A DNA stretch of 64,000 nucleotides from Vitrella brassicaformis CCMP3155 (GCA_001179505.1 CDMY01000185.1:112044-176043); one strand, 5' to 3'; shown: positions 12,028-24,824, counted from the stretch's first letter. A program made the numbers and translations. The notes: generated by a model from the sequence alone, not told the origin.

Positions 12028-13104
12028 GTGTAGAGCCATTCCATTCAAACAAACTATTACCAGTAGGTAGGTACACGTGCACAAAGTAAATGTCGGGAAA
12101 AAAAGCATACACAGACGAACACAAACATGAACACTTGACAGACAGCTTCTCACAAACAAGTGTCCCACTCACACACGCCCATTTGCATTCTGAGTCCGCT
12201 CCCTGCATTCTCCAATAAGCGCAAGAGCACCCCACCCACACCTGTACAACAAATCCGCTCACATGGTTGGCAACGAACGAAAGCCCACTCAAAAAGCACT
12301 AGCGCCTGACCACACGCACACATAATCACATGGACACTCTCCTCAAGAAGCAGCAAAGGAGAGAAAACGTGTCACGTGTGTCGCTCACCCAGCTGTGCTT
12401 CCTTCCCCTCCTGCGTTAGCTATCTATCCCTTTCTCTGCCTTGCTGTCGGCGGCGGCGGCATCTGGTTGGTGTCTGCGGGCATCTTGCTCACTGGAACGC
12501 ATACATTGCCTGTACGCACCAACACACGCACACCGAGAAAGAGAGCGACAAACAAACGGTATGTCCCCTGCCTGTTGTCTTGTGTCCTCCCCAGCTGTTC
12601 CAATCAGCCCGTACCTTTCTTATCCTTGTCCGGCAGCACCACCGTCGGCTGTACGTCCACACAATCAGTATGTGGCCTGTTGTCTTGTGTCCTCCCTAGG
12701 TGTGCTGCAATCAAGCACGTACCTTGTCCGGCACCAAGTTGTACACCGCCGACTTGAAACCCTCCGGACCCTCGGCGGCGAGTTCAAAGACACGCGCCAC
12801 CCTGATCGTCGAGTCCTCTTCGAGCGCCTTGATCTTCGCCTTTTTGTTCGCGTCGTCCCCGAAGTCCCCGTTCTCGATCTCCTCGCGCCAGTGGTTCTTC
12901 GCCCACGCTTTCCGTTTGTTGGTCAGAGGGTACGTCGTCAAAGGGGGACTCCAATCGAAGCCATATTGAAAGAAATGCGCAAACGCCCACATTCCCTTCT
13001 CGAAAAGCCGGAGAGAGACGCGAGCTTGCCAGCTCGCAAAAGGGCCATGTCCCCGGCCTTGCCTGAAGCCCTGCTGCATGGCAATAGAGATGACTGTAGA
13101 AGAA
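12028..13104. repeat. Diverged segmental duplication, copy B
   Basis: See copy A. It ends 9 bp before the LRR gene ATG. Confidence 0.85.
12424..12992 (-). CDS. Small hypothetical protein, paralog B (3 exons)
   Basis: MWAFAHFFQYGFDWSPPLTTYPLTNKRKAWAKNHWREEIENGDFGDD...LVPDK|PTVVLPDKDKK|GNVCVPVSKMPADTNQMPPPPTARQRKG*. Confidence 0.65.
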
Positions 13105-13113
13105 AAGCTGTAG
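12993..13113. promoter_or_regulatory. 121-bp divergent promoter between paralog B and the LRR gene
   Basis: Head-to-head ATGs at 12992 and 13114. GCGAGCT at 13020 and AGCTCGCA at 13031. Confidence 0.55.
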
Positions 13114-16100
13114 ATGAGGGGCCAGAGCATCCGGCCCGACTTCCTCCCGGCGCACAGCAAAGAGAACGGCGTCGCGGTGCCGACAAGGAGCATCCAGCAG
13201 GCCCTCGCCAGATGCGCCCAGAGCGGCGTGGCCAGCCTCAGCCAGCGGGGGCTGCGGGAGCTGCCCATGGAGCTCTTCGACTTGAGCAAGGCGCAGATCG
13301 AGGGCGTCAACTGGTGGGAATGCAACGCGCTGACCAAGATGGACATATCCTACAATGAGATCTCGGCCATCCCTGAGGTACGCAATGAAGAAAATAAAGA
13401 AATGCCGTTGTAGTCTCATGTTAATTGCTGAGGGTCGGTGATGTTGATGTTGATGTGGTCATGCAGGCTGTGTCGAGCCTTGAAGACCTCTCTGTGGTGA
13501 TCGGCATGCACAACCGGTTCGACGCCCTCCCTGAGGCGCTGTTCAAGCTCCCGAGCCTCAAGTGCCTCCACTTCGCTCACAACAGACTCACATCGCTTCC
13601 CGGCAGCATGGCCAACTGCACGTCCCTGGTGGACCTCGACTTCTCCTGCAACAGCCTGTCTACGATGCCTTGTGTGGCGAAGCTGACAAACCTGGAGTCG
13701 CTCCAGCTGGATGGGAACGACCTCACGGTGAAACACGCATTCATTGCATATCAGATGGTGAACTGATTGATGTGACGAGTGGGCGGCGAGGCGATGTGTG
13801 TTGGGTGGGTGCAGATGCTGCCTGATGGGACTGAGCATCTGGCCAGGCTGAGCAAGCTGAGCGTGTCCAAGAACCAGCTGGAGAGTCTGCCCGACGGCAT
13901 CGGCGACCTGGGCCACCTCAGGGAGCTCAACGTCCACGCCAACAAAGTCGCGGCGCTGCCCTCCTCGATCACCAAACTCCACAGCCTCGTCCTCATGGAC
14001 GTCAGTGGTCGGTCAGCCATTCAACAGCCATGCCGTCACCTTGTTGATGTGCTGTGCTGTGTGGTGTGGTGCCATGCAGAGAATCGGCTGACGGCGTTGG
14101 ATCACCTGCCGAGGTCGGAACACCTGGACAGCATCTGTGCGGCCGACAACCACATCAGGACGATGGACGGTTCACAGCTGGAGCACACGCCCAATCTGAC
14201 TGTCCTGGACCTCAAGGGCAACCACCTGAAGCGACTCGACGAGGGAGTGGGGCACCTGACGGTGAGTGAGACTGACTGTGATGCGGCATGTGTGTGTGTG
14301 TGCGGCAATGCTGAATAATTTATGCCGGATCGTCGTTCGTGTCTGCAGCGGCTCAAGACGCTGGACCTGACGAACAACGCCCTCCCAAACCTGCCGAAGT
14401 GAGAATGGCTGGATGGATGGCTGGATGGATGGATGCCATCGTCGTCCTCTTGGTGTCGCGTGCTTGGTGTGGTGTGTCCAGTGCGCTTGGGTCGTTGGAG
14501 AGCCTGACTCGTCTGCTGATCGACGGCAACATCATCCGCTGCATCAGGCCAGAGGTGCTCAAGGGGCCCGTGCTGGGACTCAAGAAATACCTGAGAGGGC
14601 GGTCGGAGTCATCAGGTGATCCCAGCCATCCGTCCGTCCATCCATCCATCCATCCACTGCCGCATTCTGTCGTCATCGTGTGTGTATGTGTGTGCAGGTT
14701 TGGATGTGCCGAACGGTGCCTCTGGTGCTGGTGCTGACACAGAGCAGGATGACGCCATGGCTACGCGCATCCGGACAGCCAGGGCAACGCGCGAACTCAA
14801 CCTCAGCAAAATGGTGGGCACCGCACCCAATGGCACAGTAGTGGATGGAGGCTTTGCATCTGACGATTGCACGTGTTCGTGTGGATATGTGCGTGTGTGT
14901 GTTGTGTGTGTGTGTGTGGTGTGCAGATGAGTGAGAGGAACAGGGTGGAGCTGTGGCGTTTGTCGACCTCCATCGAGGACCTCGAGGCCTTCACGGTGTC
15001 TGACAACGGCATAGCCGAGCTGCCCGAGGCCATCAGCCGATGGGACAGGCTGCAGAAGCTCATCGCCGACCACAACAAGGTCAGGCAGTCACCCATACAG
15101 ACAACACGCATCTCATCCTCATCTCGGTGTGTCGTGTGTGTGGTCTCAGTTGACGGCCCTCCCTCCAGCCCTATGGCATCTGTCGTCGTTGAGGGAGCTG
15201 GATGTGTCCTACAACACCATCAGAAGCATCGCCCCGCCCACAGCCACCATGCGGCACCTGGCGCACGTCAACCTCTCCTGCAACCAGCTGGCGGCTTTCC
15301 CTGCAGACCTCATCGACGCCGCACCGAAGCTGCAAGTAAGTGGGACGGCCGGCTGATGGATGGATGATGGATGTGCGGGACCTTTGTGGTGGTGCTGTGC
15401 TGTCTGTAGGAGCTGCGTGTCGCATACAATCAGATAGCGTCCGTTGCGGAGGGGCCGGCTGAGGCCTACACGCCACATAGAGCACTAGGTGGGAAGGGGA
15501 TGGCGGCAATATGCACACAAGGGGCACCCCTGCACACTTCGCGTGTGTGTATGTGTGTGTGTGTGTGTGTCAGAGACGTTGGATCTGACGAACAATCGCA
15601 TCACGGCGTGCGGGGAGGGGCTCATGGTGGCTTTTCCCAAGATGCGCACTCTCATCCTCGCCAACAACGGTGCGCACCTTCCCCTTCATCGCAACATGAC
15701 TGCGCCCTCTCTCTCATCTCATATGTTGTCTGTGTGCGTCACTCAGACCTCCGCGGCATCCCTTTCGCATGGGGCCTCTGGGAGGTACACACACTCTCAA
15801 CAGCTGCCCTGATGCCCCATGCATTCTCCCTCCCTGTCTGTCTGTTCAGTCCTTACAAGCGTTGTCTCTCGACGGCAACCCGTTGAAGGCCCTCAGATCC
15901 TCCGTCCTCCACAGAGGTAGGTAGGGTAGGCAGCAACCATGCCGACGACACAAAGAGAGATCTCCGTCTTCCTCTCTTTCTCCATCAACTCAGGCACCAT
16001 TGCCGTCAAGGACTATCTGGCGTCGCGTCTTCCGGAAGGATACACCATCCCCACACCCAAGCAACCAGACCAGCCTCAGAGCCCAACGCCGCACCCCGCT

Positions 16101-16459
16101 GCTGCCGGTGGTGCGACGGCCGCTGCAGCGGGTAGCCCTCCGAGGCGCCATGACCCCCATGACGTGGCGCGTGTAGAGGCCTTGGAGAAGAAGATACGCG
16201 ACCTGGAGGTGTGATTGGGGTGATGATGTGGAGGGGAGCTGGGACGAATTCCAGGCTGTTTGGTGTGTGTTGTGTGCAGGATGAGGTAGCTAATCCTGTG
16301 GGGCTGACGGGGGCCGAGCAGAGGGCACTCAAGAAGGTGCGGATGTCAGCACTCACTCAAGAGAGAGGGAAGCGGACAAGTGGAAGTGTCTGTGTGTGTC
16401 TGCAGGAGTTGGACGATGCTCGTGCAGAGTTGGCGGATTTGCAGAAGTACATGGTGTAG
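13114..16459 (+). CDS. LRRC40: Leucine-rich repeat protein, LRRC40-like (16 exons)
   Basis: N-terminus QQALARCAQSGVASLSQRGLRELP...WWECNALTKMDISYNEI resembles LRRC40 as I recall it. Two LRR blocks each end in IRxEVLK/LRSSVLH..KxYL caps, followed by a C-terminal coiled coil. Confidence 0.8.
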
Positions 16460-16795
16460 CTCGGCCAGGCTAGAGACGGATGCACAGGGGCAGCAACAGC
16501 AGCAGCAGCCGTATCTGTCTGTATGTGCATACGCACGTCACGTTCGTCTGACCATGTGCGCCTGTGTGCACGCGCTGTGTGTATATATATCGGTTGTGTG
16601 TGGATACACAGAAGCAGCTGACACTTGCATGCTGATTGACAGTCCGGATGGATGGGCGAACGACGAATCCATGGCGACGAATGTCAGTCCGCCTAGGGTA
16701 TCCCCGAAACTGCGTTGCGAGCTGAAGGATCTCCTGGAGCTTATCTTCGCGTCTTCCATCTTTGCGGGCTTTGCGGTGTGAGTCGTCTTCCATCG

Positions 16796-19160
16796 ATGAT
16801 GAAGACCTTTTCGGTGCTGCTGGCCCTGTGTGCATGCGTCTCCCTCGGACGCCGCCACAGCCGCCGACGTCATCTCACCCCTACAGGCGATGAAGAGAGC
16901 GAGGCCCTCCACCACGTATGTCACAGATCTACAGCCCTCTGCACTCCACACACAAGAAAGACGCACTCTCTCAGTGGGTGTGTGGTCACATGAGTGTGTC
17001 TGGGTGCTGCTCCCTCTTTCTGTTCCATTGCAGGGTGCCTTTGTGGTGTTCGCCAACCGCACCATCTACCTCGTTGACCCAGACAGCGCTGTGTAAGCGG
17101 GAAAACACCATTCACCAGGCGTACATACTATAGAGTGTCTGTACTCACTGCGTGGTTGGGCGTTGCTTTGCGTGTGTGCGTGCAGGGCCTTCGACAGGAT
17201 TGAGGTGGATGTGGAGAAGTGGGGAGACCCGGCAGCCAGCGGCATCAGTGATGAGCAGATGGGCGTCATCCCGGCACAGGTGACACAAATACACATGCCC
17301 ACAGATCCACTCGACGGTCGTGTGTTAGGCTCTGCCGCCTGTCCACCCACCCACCCGTTGCCGTGTTTTCTGTCATTCATTCAGTATGAGGATAAGCCTG
17401 GGGAGTTGTGGACGTACGAGTTTCATGACCACTTCGAGATCATGACAAAGCTGCCGGTGAGAGAGAGGCACGCACAGGGCGAGAGAGAAAGACAGACACA
17501 CGAGGTGTCTGTCGAATCAACCAACCAACCAACGCACGTACATGTGTGTGTACTCTCTCCAGCTGGGCGAGCGTCCGGTGCACACCTACTGGGTCGACTA
17601 CCTCCATGAGTGGTGGGTCCATCCTGATGGTGATGGGCACTTCGACATCCTCAGCCCCGATGACATCGAGAAGCTCGACTTTGAGAATTTGAAGGCGTAT
17701 GCGGCCAACCCGAGCCACGGGAAGCTCGTGTGGGACGAAGAATGGGCACCGATCGGGTTTGCTACCACCACCGGTAAGCTGAAGTGACTTGCTTACACGT
17801 GCACTGCACGCACGTATGTCATTCATCGATCGCGTGTTTGGTGCGGCGGGCCGGGTGTGTGTGCAGAGGACCCGGGCATTCACGAGCTTGACCTCCAGAA
17901 GCGGGAGTACATCAAGTTCCACAACCTTTCCCAGCCCATCGACGACTCGGGTGTGGGCTGCGAGGGCACACACGCCATCGCCCACTACGCCAACAACGAG
18001 GTCATCCTCATCGAGTGCAGTAGGCCTTCAGACGCCAGGTCGATCTGGGAGTTCGACTTCGAGCGCCGCCAGCCAATCCAGCGCTTCAACTTCTCGGGGC
18101 CCATATACCCGGTCCCACAGTACGAGAACTCACCATGGGGATATCACTCGAGTCTGGCGCTTGTGGGCGACAAGAACAACGACCGTGTCCACATCCTCCG
18201 TAAAGACAATGCGTCGGCGGACACGGAGGTCATCAGCATTGAGGTCCCCGGCGGGCCTGGCAAGACATCCTTCATCAACACAGTGGACGACCCGGACGCA
18301 CCTGCAGACTGGCTGGTGAGGGATCAAAACGGTCGAAGGAGCGAGCTTGGATGTATGGTGGGCATGGTCTCTCGTTTGTGTGTGTGTGTGGGTGTGTGTA
18401 GGCCTTTGTTGCCCTTGAGTCAAACAGGTCTGACAGCGGCGTGGCTGTGCTGGATCTGGGCAGAATCCTCGAGGGCGACCTCACCTACGATGTCATCAGT
18501 GAGCGACCCACTGAGAGGCACACACACACTCAACGCGCATCTATGGAATGGCTGTATCGTATCGTGTTGTGGCATGCCTCAGAGGTCGGCCCAGGGAACA
18601 AGTACCGTCCAATAGAGCGCGGCGGCGATAGGTGGATCGCCACTCCCGTGGCTGACGAGTAGGCGCACAGCACCTATCTATCCCACACACACGTGCACCG
18701 ATTGTCCCTTCGCTGGCGGTTCAGGGAGACTGGGAGTTATAGCGGCCTTGCGATCATCGACGCACTCACTCGCGAGTTCCGCATCGTGCCCAACATCAAG
18801 TAAGGCAGGCAGCGACACGTGCAAGGTAGACGTCTGTCTTTGTGTGATGTGTGTGATGTCGGCGTGTGGATCAGTGACACGTCGCGTCTGATCTGGATGG
18901 CGGATTGGTCTCACTACGCCGAGGAGAACGAGATCCACGAGCTGCATGAGTACATTGAAGAACTTGAGCATCGAATCGAGGTCAGCCACACACACACACA
19001 CCCCACCTCTTCGATGGACGGATCAACCTTTCTGCTTTGTGTCTATGTGTATTGGATCTCCGTCTGTCAGCAACTTGAGCGCACTGTGGGCTCCATCGGC
19101 AACACACCGTCAGGAGGCGAGCGCCGATCGCTGAGGAAGCTCAAGTCCAGGAGAGCCTGA
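16796..19160 (+). CDS. Secreted YVTN/WD40-like beta-propeller protein with C-terminal coiled coil (10 exons)
   Basis: Signal peptide MMKTFSVLLALCACVSLG. Nine phase-consistent GT-AG introns. Blades include GAFVVFANRTIYLVDP, PVHTYWVDYLHEWWVH, IGFATTTEDPGIHELDL and CEGTHAIAHYANNEVILIECS. Confidence 0.8.
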
Positions 19161-19910
19161 TGAGCCTGATCCATCAGTCTGTCTATCGCATATTCATGTC
19201 TGTCCATCCATCGCAGTACAGTCTTGTCTAGGTTCATTCCATTGCGGTTGCATTGCTGCTGATGAAGCTTTTGGCAATGTCTCTAGCACACTGCCTCGCC
19301 AGGTGCTTTATCACCAGCAGTGCAACGCGTGGAGGCCCGCCGCGGCCCGACATGGGCTGTCGGCAGCAAGCAAGTTTCTCTGTGGCCGTCTTGAGCGACT
19401 CGGCCGGCTTTCTTGAGTCCATGCGTCTGTGTGTGTCTCCTTGCAGTGGGGGAGAAGGGGTAATCGCAGAGCATGACGATGGTGTGCTGGTGAGACGGGA
19501 GTGACCTCACCAAATGATGTCTGCCTGTGTTGTCGGGGCGAACATTTGGTGCGTCGGGCTGCTTTGAGGCAGATACATGCATGATAGCGCTGTGGAGAAA
19601 GAGACCGTCGTGGCTTTATCTGGCTTTATCGATTGGGGGTCAGCCAGCACGTGCGTTGAATGGATGGATGGTGGCTGGGATGCGAGACCGTAAGTTCTCT
19701 TCTCGCCGTCAGTGAGTTGATGATGCGTCCATCTATCGATCGGGAGAATTAGATACGTTGGTTTATGTGATTTGGACCTCACAGGTGAAAGCTATGCCAA
19801 CGAGCCGACGATGCATTCATCAGCCAAGCAATCACCTTCCACCCACTTCGCAATCGTCAAGGTCAAATATGTACAGCAGAGAAATGCACCAGATACGACG
19901 CATGCGACCA

Positions 19911-20895
19911 TCACACATTCTGAGTGACGCCCCTAGGTCTCTGCCTGACTCTGTGCAGATCGGCAAGGAGGTCAGCATAGAAACCAGCCCGCCGCCAGTC
20001 CGCTGGGTCGGATGGCGACGGCCTCGACAAGCACCAAACGACGATATTGACACGCTCGCCTGCCAGAGATCCAGGCAGCACGTGTGTGTTTGAGGATGTT
20101 TCCTGCGCCGTCCTTCTGACTGACCTGCATTGAGTGTACGGACGCTATGCCAGAAGTCGCCTCGATGCAGCACTTCCCAGCCCTCACGGTGGACGTACGA
20201 GTGGCTTGCCTGCCAATTGAAATGGCCGCACAGCCACACAGCCGCACAATCACACACATACTCGATTGCCTGCCGCACCTGATGATCGACTCTTGGCGTG
20301 TCATCGTGGCGGCCCTCGAGAAATACCAAATGACCACCTCGCCCAGTGTTGCGCAAACACACATTCAGCGTGTAGTCGGAGTCATCTTGATGCATCCTGC
20401 ACCCCATCCATCCAGGCGTCGTGCATCATGCACGTTGGTTGCGGCCTACTTGAGGTTTGTGTCCTCTCCGACGCGATATCGTATTGCATACGAGTGATGA
20501 TCAATCGGATCATAGCCCTCCTTCCCACCGTCGAACAGACAGCCGATAAGATCTTCGGTGAGGGAATGCAGCAAGGAAGATGGGAGCAGCTGTTGCAGTT
20601 CGTCGACTTGGCTGAGTGTGTAGCCATAGTTGGTGAGCCCGTTCGGCAGTGTGCTGGCTGCGGCTGCTTCAGTCGTCTCATGCCGCTCAAGAGCTTCACA
20701 GACGCGTCGGCAAAAAGAAGGTGAGAACAGTGGGAGAGCGAAGGCTCCATCGCAGATCCGCATAGCAGCATCTTTGAGGGTCTCCGCGCCTCCGTCATCG
20801 ATTCCGGCACTCTCTCGACATGCACCTCGGATGAGCGATGAGCGAGAGATAGATGCAAGAGTCCTGGCGACCGCTGGCAATAATCCATCAATCAT
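19911..20895 (-). CDS. 2OG-Fe(II) oxygenase, OGFOD2/PLOD-C-terminal-like (4 exons)
   Basis: LK|MHQDDSDYTLNVCLRNTGRGGHLVF (HxD), LHRGDFWHSVRTLNA|GERVNIVVW (second His and 2OG-binding Arg). The 3' end is uncertain. Confidence 0.85.
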
Positions 20896-21033
20896 GCTGC
20901 AGCAACAATCAAAGCATTGCCAGACGACGTTACGCCAAGCTACTGCAAGAGTCGGATCGCCTGCAAGCTCGCAAATTGTAAACACGAATGCCAATCGGAC
21001 GCATCTTTCCTAGGTTCGAGGCTGGAAAGATTC

Positions 21034-24000
21034 ATGCCTAAGATGCGCTGTTTGCTGTGGAGCGTCTTGCTTGCCGGCCTGGTTTGCATCTCCGCCGCCG
21101 CTGAATGGAAGTGGACGCGCCTGCCGGGTGATGGGACCAAGCCGGCGACCAGGGCCGGACACAGCGCCGTTGCAGTGGATGACACGCTGGTGGTGTTTGG
21201 CGGTGTGATGCTCGACGTCAAATACTTCAACGACATCAATGTCTACGACACCAATGCCAGGAGATGGTCACAGCCCAAGATCACTGGCGAAGGTCAGTCA
21301 AACAGGCCGGGCACAACGAAATTCATCCATCCATTTATCCATTTGATTGTCTGTTTGTTTGTTTGTGTTCTTTCAGTGCCTGAGGAGCGGGCCGGCCACA
21401 CTGCGACACTCATCGGAGGCGACATGTACATCTTCGGCGGCTCAAACAACTTCGGTCAGCCAGCAGACGACAAGGCGAGAAACAAAGCCATCCATGTTGC
21501 GTCTGCCGTCTCATCTCGTGCATGGATCAACCAGGGAGCTTCAGTGACGTGATGCGTTACGACACCAAGAACCACCGCTGGCTGCGTGGCATCCCTCAAG
21601 GCACCCTCCGTCCCGTCGGCAGGTCCAACCACGCCGCTGTCTATGACGGCAACGGCAGGATCTACATCTACGGAGGATACACACAAGTGAGGCAGGGAGT
21701 GTTGACGGATGAATGAATGACGGGAGTTTGTGTGCGGGCGTCGCAGGAAGGGAAATTTCTGAGCGACATTTTGATCATCAATACCTTTGTGGAGGGCGAC
21801 TGGATCGATGCGACCACCTTCCCCTTCGCCTTCGAACAGCCTGTCGTCAGTAAGTCACGCAAGCAGCCGACGATGCCGACGCGCTATCGTTCGGATTTCT
21901 TTGCGTGTTGCAGGTGGGCAGGCGCCTCCCGGTCGTGAGAGCCACACCATGACCCTCTCCAAGAATAAGCTGTACGTTGTCGGCGGATACACCGGCACAG
22001 GCGTCAAAGGTCACTCACACACAATCACCCGACACACCAGAATAGCTATTCTTCTTGTCCTCTTCCTCTCTCAGATCATGACTTGTGGGTATTCGACTTG
22101 GATGAGCAGAAGTGGCTACCCAAGCCGCCAGCACAAGAGCCCTTCCCCGGCCAGCGCCAGGGCCACACAGCTCTGCGCCACGGCAACGACATCGTCCTAG
22201 CCGGTGGCTGCGATGTGACCCGGGACGTCGCCCTCTGCTACAGCGACGTATGGGCACTGGACACAGGTCAGCCTCTGAGGTGATGAAGAAACAGACGGAC
22301 AGATGAATCCATCCATTTCACGTATCCTTGTTGCAGTTGGTATGCGTTGGTCTTGGAGGTCGACGGACACCGTGTCGCTGTTGCCGAGGCAGGGCCACAC
22401 AGCCAACTTCATCCGCGGCAAGATGTACATATTCGGCGGCTGCCGCATGTCGGTCGAGTGCTACAACGACGTGGTCGTGCTAGACACCAAGGAGCCCTGC
22501 CCGGCAGACTGCGGCGGACACGGCACATGCGCATACGGGGTGGGCGAAGCAAGAAGGGCAGCGCATGCATCCATGTCCTTTCTTGTGGTGTGTTCAGACG
22601 GTCTGTCAGTGTCAGAGCGGCTGGACTGGACACGACTGTCTGGACCGGGAAAGGTAAGCAGCTCTCTTGTTCTGCGAATACGTCCTTCCATCCATCCATG
22701 TGTGTGTATCGTGTGTCAGGTGTCCTTTCGACTGCAACGGCCAAGGCAGCTGCCACAGAGGACAGTGCACATGCAACAATGGCAAGCAGAGATCGAGAAG
22801 GGGAGTGGGATTGTTGCTGTGTGACGGTGATCACATGTGATGCAGGCTACATCGGTGCGAGTTGTTACACAGAGATTCCCTGCCCGAATCGCTGCTCCAA
22901 CCACGGCGCCTGTCTGCCTGACGCCACATGCCAATGCTACCTCGGATACCACGGTGAGACATACAGCAATGGCGATGAGACATGTCATGTCTTGAGTGTG
23001 CTGTGATGGCCAGGTGCTTCGTGCGAGAGCGGCTCTCCTGTCTGCCTCAACGACTGCAGCGGTCACGGCACGTGCAGCGAGAAGTCAGAGTGCATCTGCC
23101 ATGAAGGATATGGGGGTAAGGCAGACGTACAGCGCAGAGATACACACATACATATGATGCATTCCTTCACAGGAGTGTCCTGCGAGCAACAGCTTGTGTG
23201 CCCCCTTGGCTGCTGCAACCACGGAGCGTGCGAAGGAGGTAGGACAAAAGCAAACGCCTGTGCGTATCGATCCACCTCACGAATGTGTCTATCAGGCAAG
23301 TGCAAGTGCGTCCCCGGCTTCATTGGCAAGAGCTGCGCGATCAACGAGGACCAGAAGAACTACGTCTTCAAGATGACCGACCGCACCAGTGCCGACCTTC
23401 GTGCAGAGGCAAAGATCAAGCGCGACGAGGCCAGCCAGTCGAAACAGCTGGCAAAGGAGCTCTTGGCGGACGCGGACCGTGCACCGACTACAGCAGAGGC
23501 ACGCAACCTACAAGCCAAAGGGAACGGCCTCGAGGTGCCTGACGGCAACAACCACAAATATATACGTATGTGCAAACAGTGTGGTGGCTTGTGTGTGTCA
23601 GATTGACGCAGAGGCTTTGGCCAAGCAGGCGGAGGAATTGGAGAAGAGGGGCAGCCTCGTTGCAGGATACCGCTCACCCGACAAAATGGAGGTGGGCAGG
23701 GCAGATGTGTGTGGGTCGACGCACTGCCTTTGGGCATGTCTTCTCCTCTCCCACAGAGCCTCTTCGACACGAGCACGTGTGACGCCAAGCTCAAGCCCGA
23801 CATGCTCCAGCGTACGCAACATGCAACACGCACACAGGCAGATGGACGTTCCAATGTTCTCCTTTTCCCTTTTCCCCACAGTCCTGTCGGCTGAGCATCA
23901 CTATCAGGCACCGCAGACGGACGAGTCTGTGCAGAAGCCCATGCCACCCACCAGCAGCGGCACCGCCCAGCCCCGCTTCACTTCACTCACACTGCAGAAC

Positions 24001-24113
24001 CCCCCTCAGTCGTCTCCGTCGCAAGGCAGATCGGCCACACCAACCGAGTTCGGCATCTACAAACAGGGAAAGCAACTCAAGGTCCACCCACACATGCACC
24101 CGACTGGCTGCCG

Positions 24114-24157
<44 letters not shown>

Positions 24158-24633
24158 AAGAAAGAGAGGGAGAGGGAGAGAGAGAGAGGACAGTTCTGTG
24201 ATTGTGGCGTGCAGGTGGGTGAGAGTGGGTGTAAGCATAACTGTAACGATCGCGGCATATGCAAGGATGGCGTCTGCTACTGCGAGCCGGGATACCACGG
24301 CATAGCCTGCGCGGCGGGTAAGTGGATTGACCAGGGAAAGCTCCCAGCCACTCACACATGTAAGTGTACCTGATATGTGTGCGTTCCATCAGAGGATTTG
24401 GTGACGAAGAAGAGCGTGCCGCTCACATGGGCGGTGGCCATCGCAGTGTCGGCTCTTGTCGTCTCAATGATCGTCACGGCCACATGCATCCAAATCGGCG
24501 GTAAGGAAGAACCTGAAAACAACACACACAGTCGTGCCTTGTGTCTCGTGTGTGCATATGTATTGTCTGCCTGTGTGCGTGTGCAGCAAGACGACGGGCT
24601 CGAGCCACACAGGAGATGGGATACAAGGTCTGA
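21034..24633 (+). CDS. Type I membrane protein: signal peptide, 6 Kelch repeats, 5+1 tenascin-type EGF repeats, coiled-coil/STP linker, TM, short tail
   Basis: MPKMRCLLWSVLLAGLVCISAAA. Six RxGH..FGG Kelch units. CPxxCxGxGxC..CxCxxGYxGxxC repeats. TM WAVAIAVSALVVSMIVTATCIQI, then ARRRARATQEMGYKV*. Confidence 0.9.
22782..22845 (+). other. GC-AG intron in the Kelch-EGF gene
   Basis: AAT G|gcaagc...gatgcag|GC TAC restores the EGF spacing CTCNNGYIGASC. Confidence 0.8.
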
Positions 24634-24824
24634 CCGACAATCCAAATCCGTGCTGCATGTGCCGTCGGACGAGCCGTACATGACAGACTCACTTAGCGAA
24701 TCGGATATCTATGCAATTCATGCATGAGTGCATGGAACAATGAACCCGCGTCGCCATACAATAATGCATATGAAACAGATACACACACACACACATGTTA
24801 TGTTGGTCGACAACACGTACAGAC

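Noticed and set aside
19234-19782. Short ORFs between the propeller and oxygenase genes
   Set aside because: I found no consistent splice path or recognisable motif. They are probably convergent 3' UTRs, though a small gene cannot be excluded.
19921-19945. Putative 25-nt GC-AG intron extending the oxygenase C-terminus
   Set aside because: It is much shorter than any supported intron here (minimum about 38 nt) and lacks the +5 G. The unspliced frame ends normally at 19911, and the extended path soon hits a stop.
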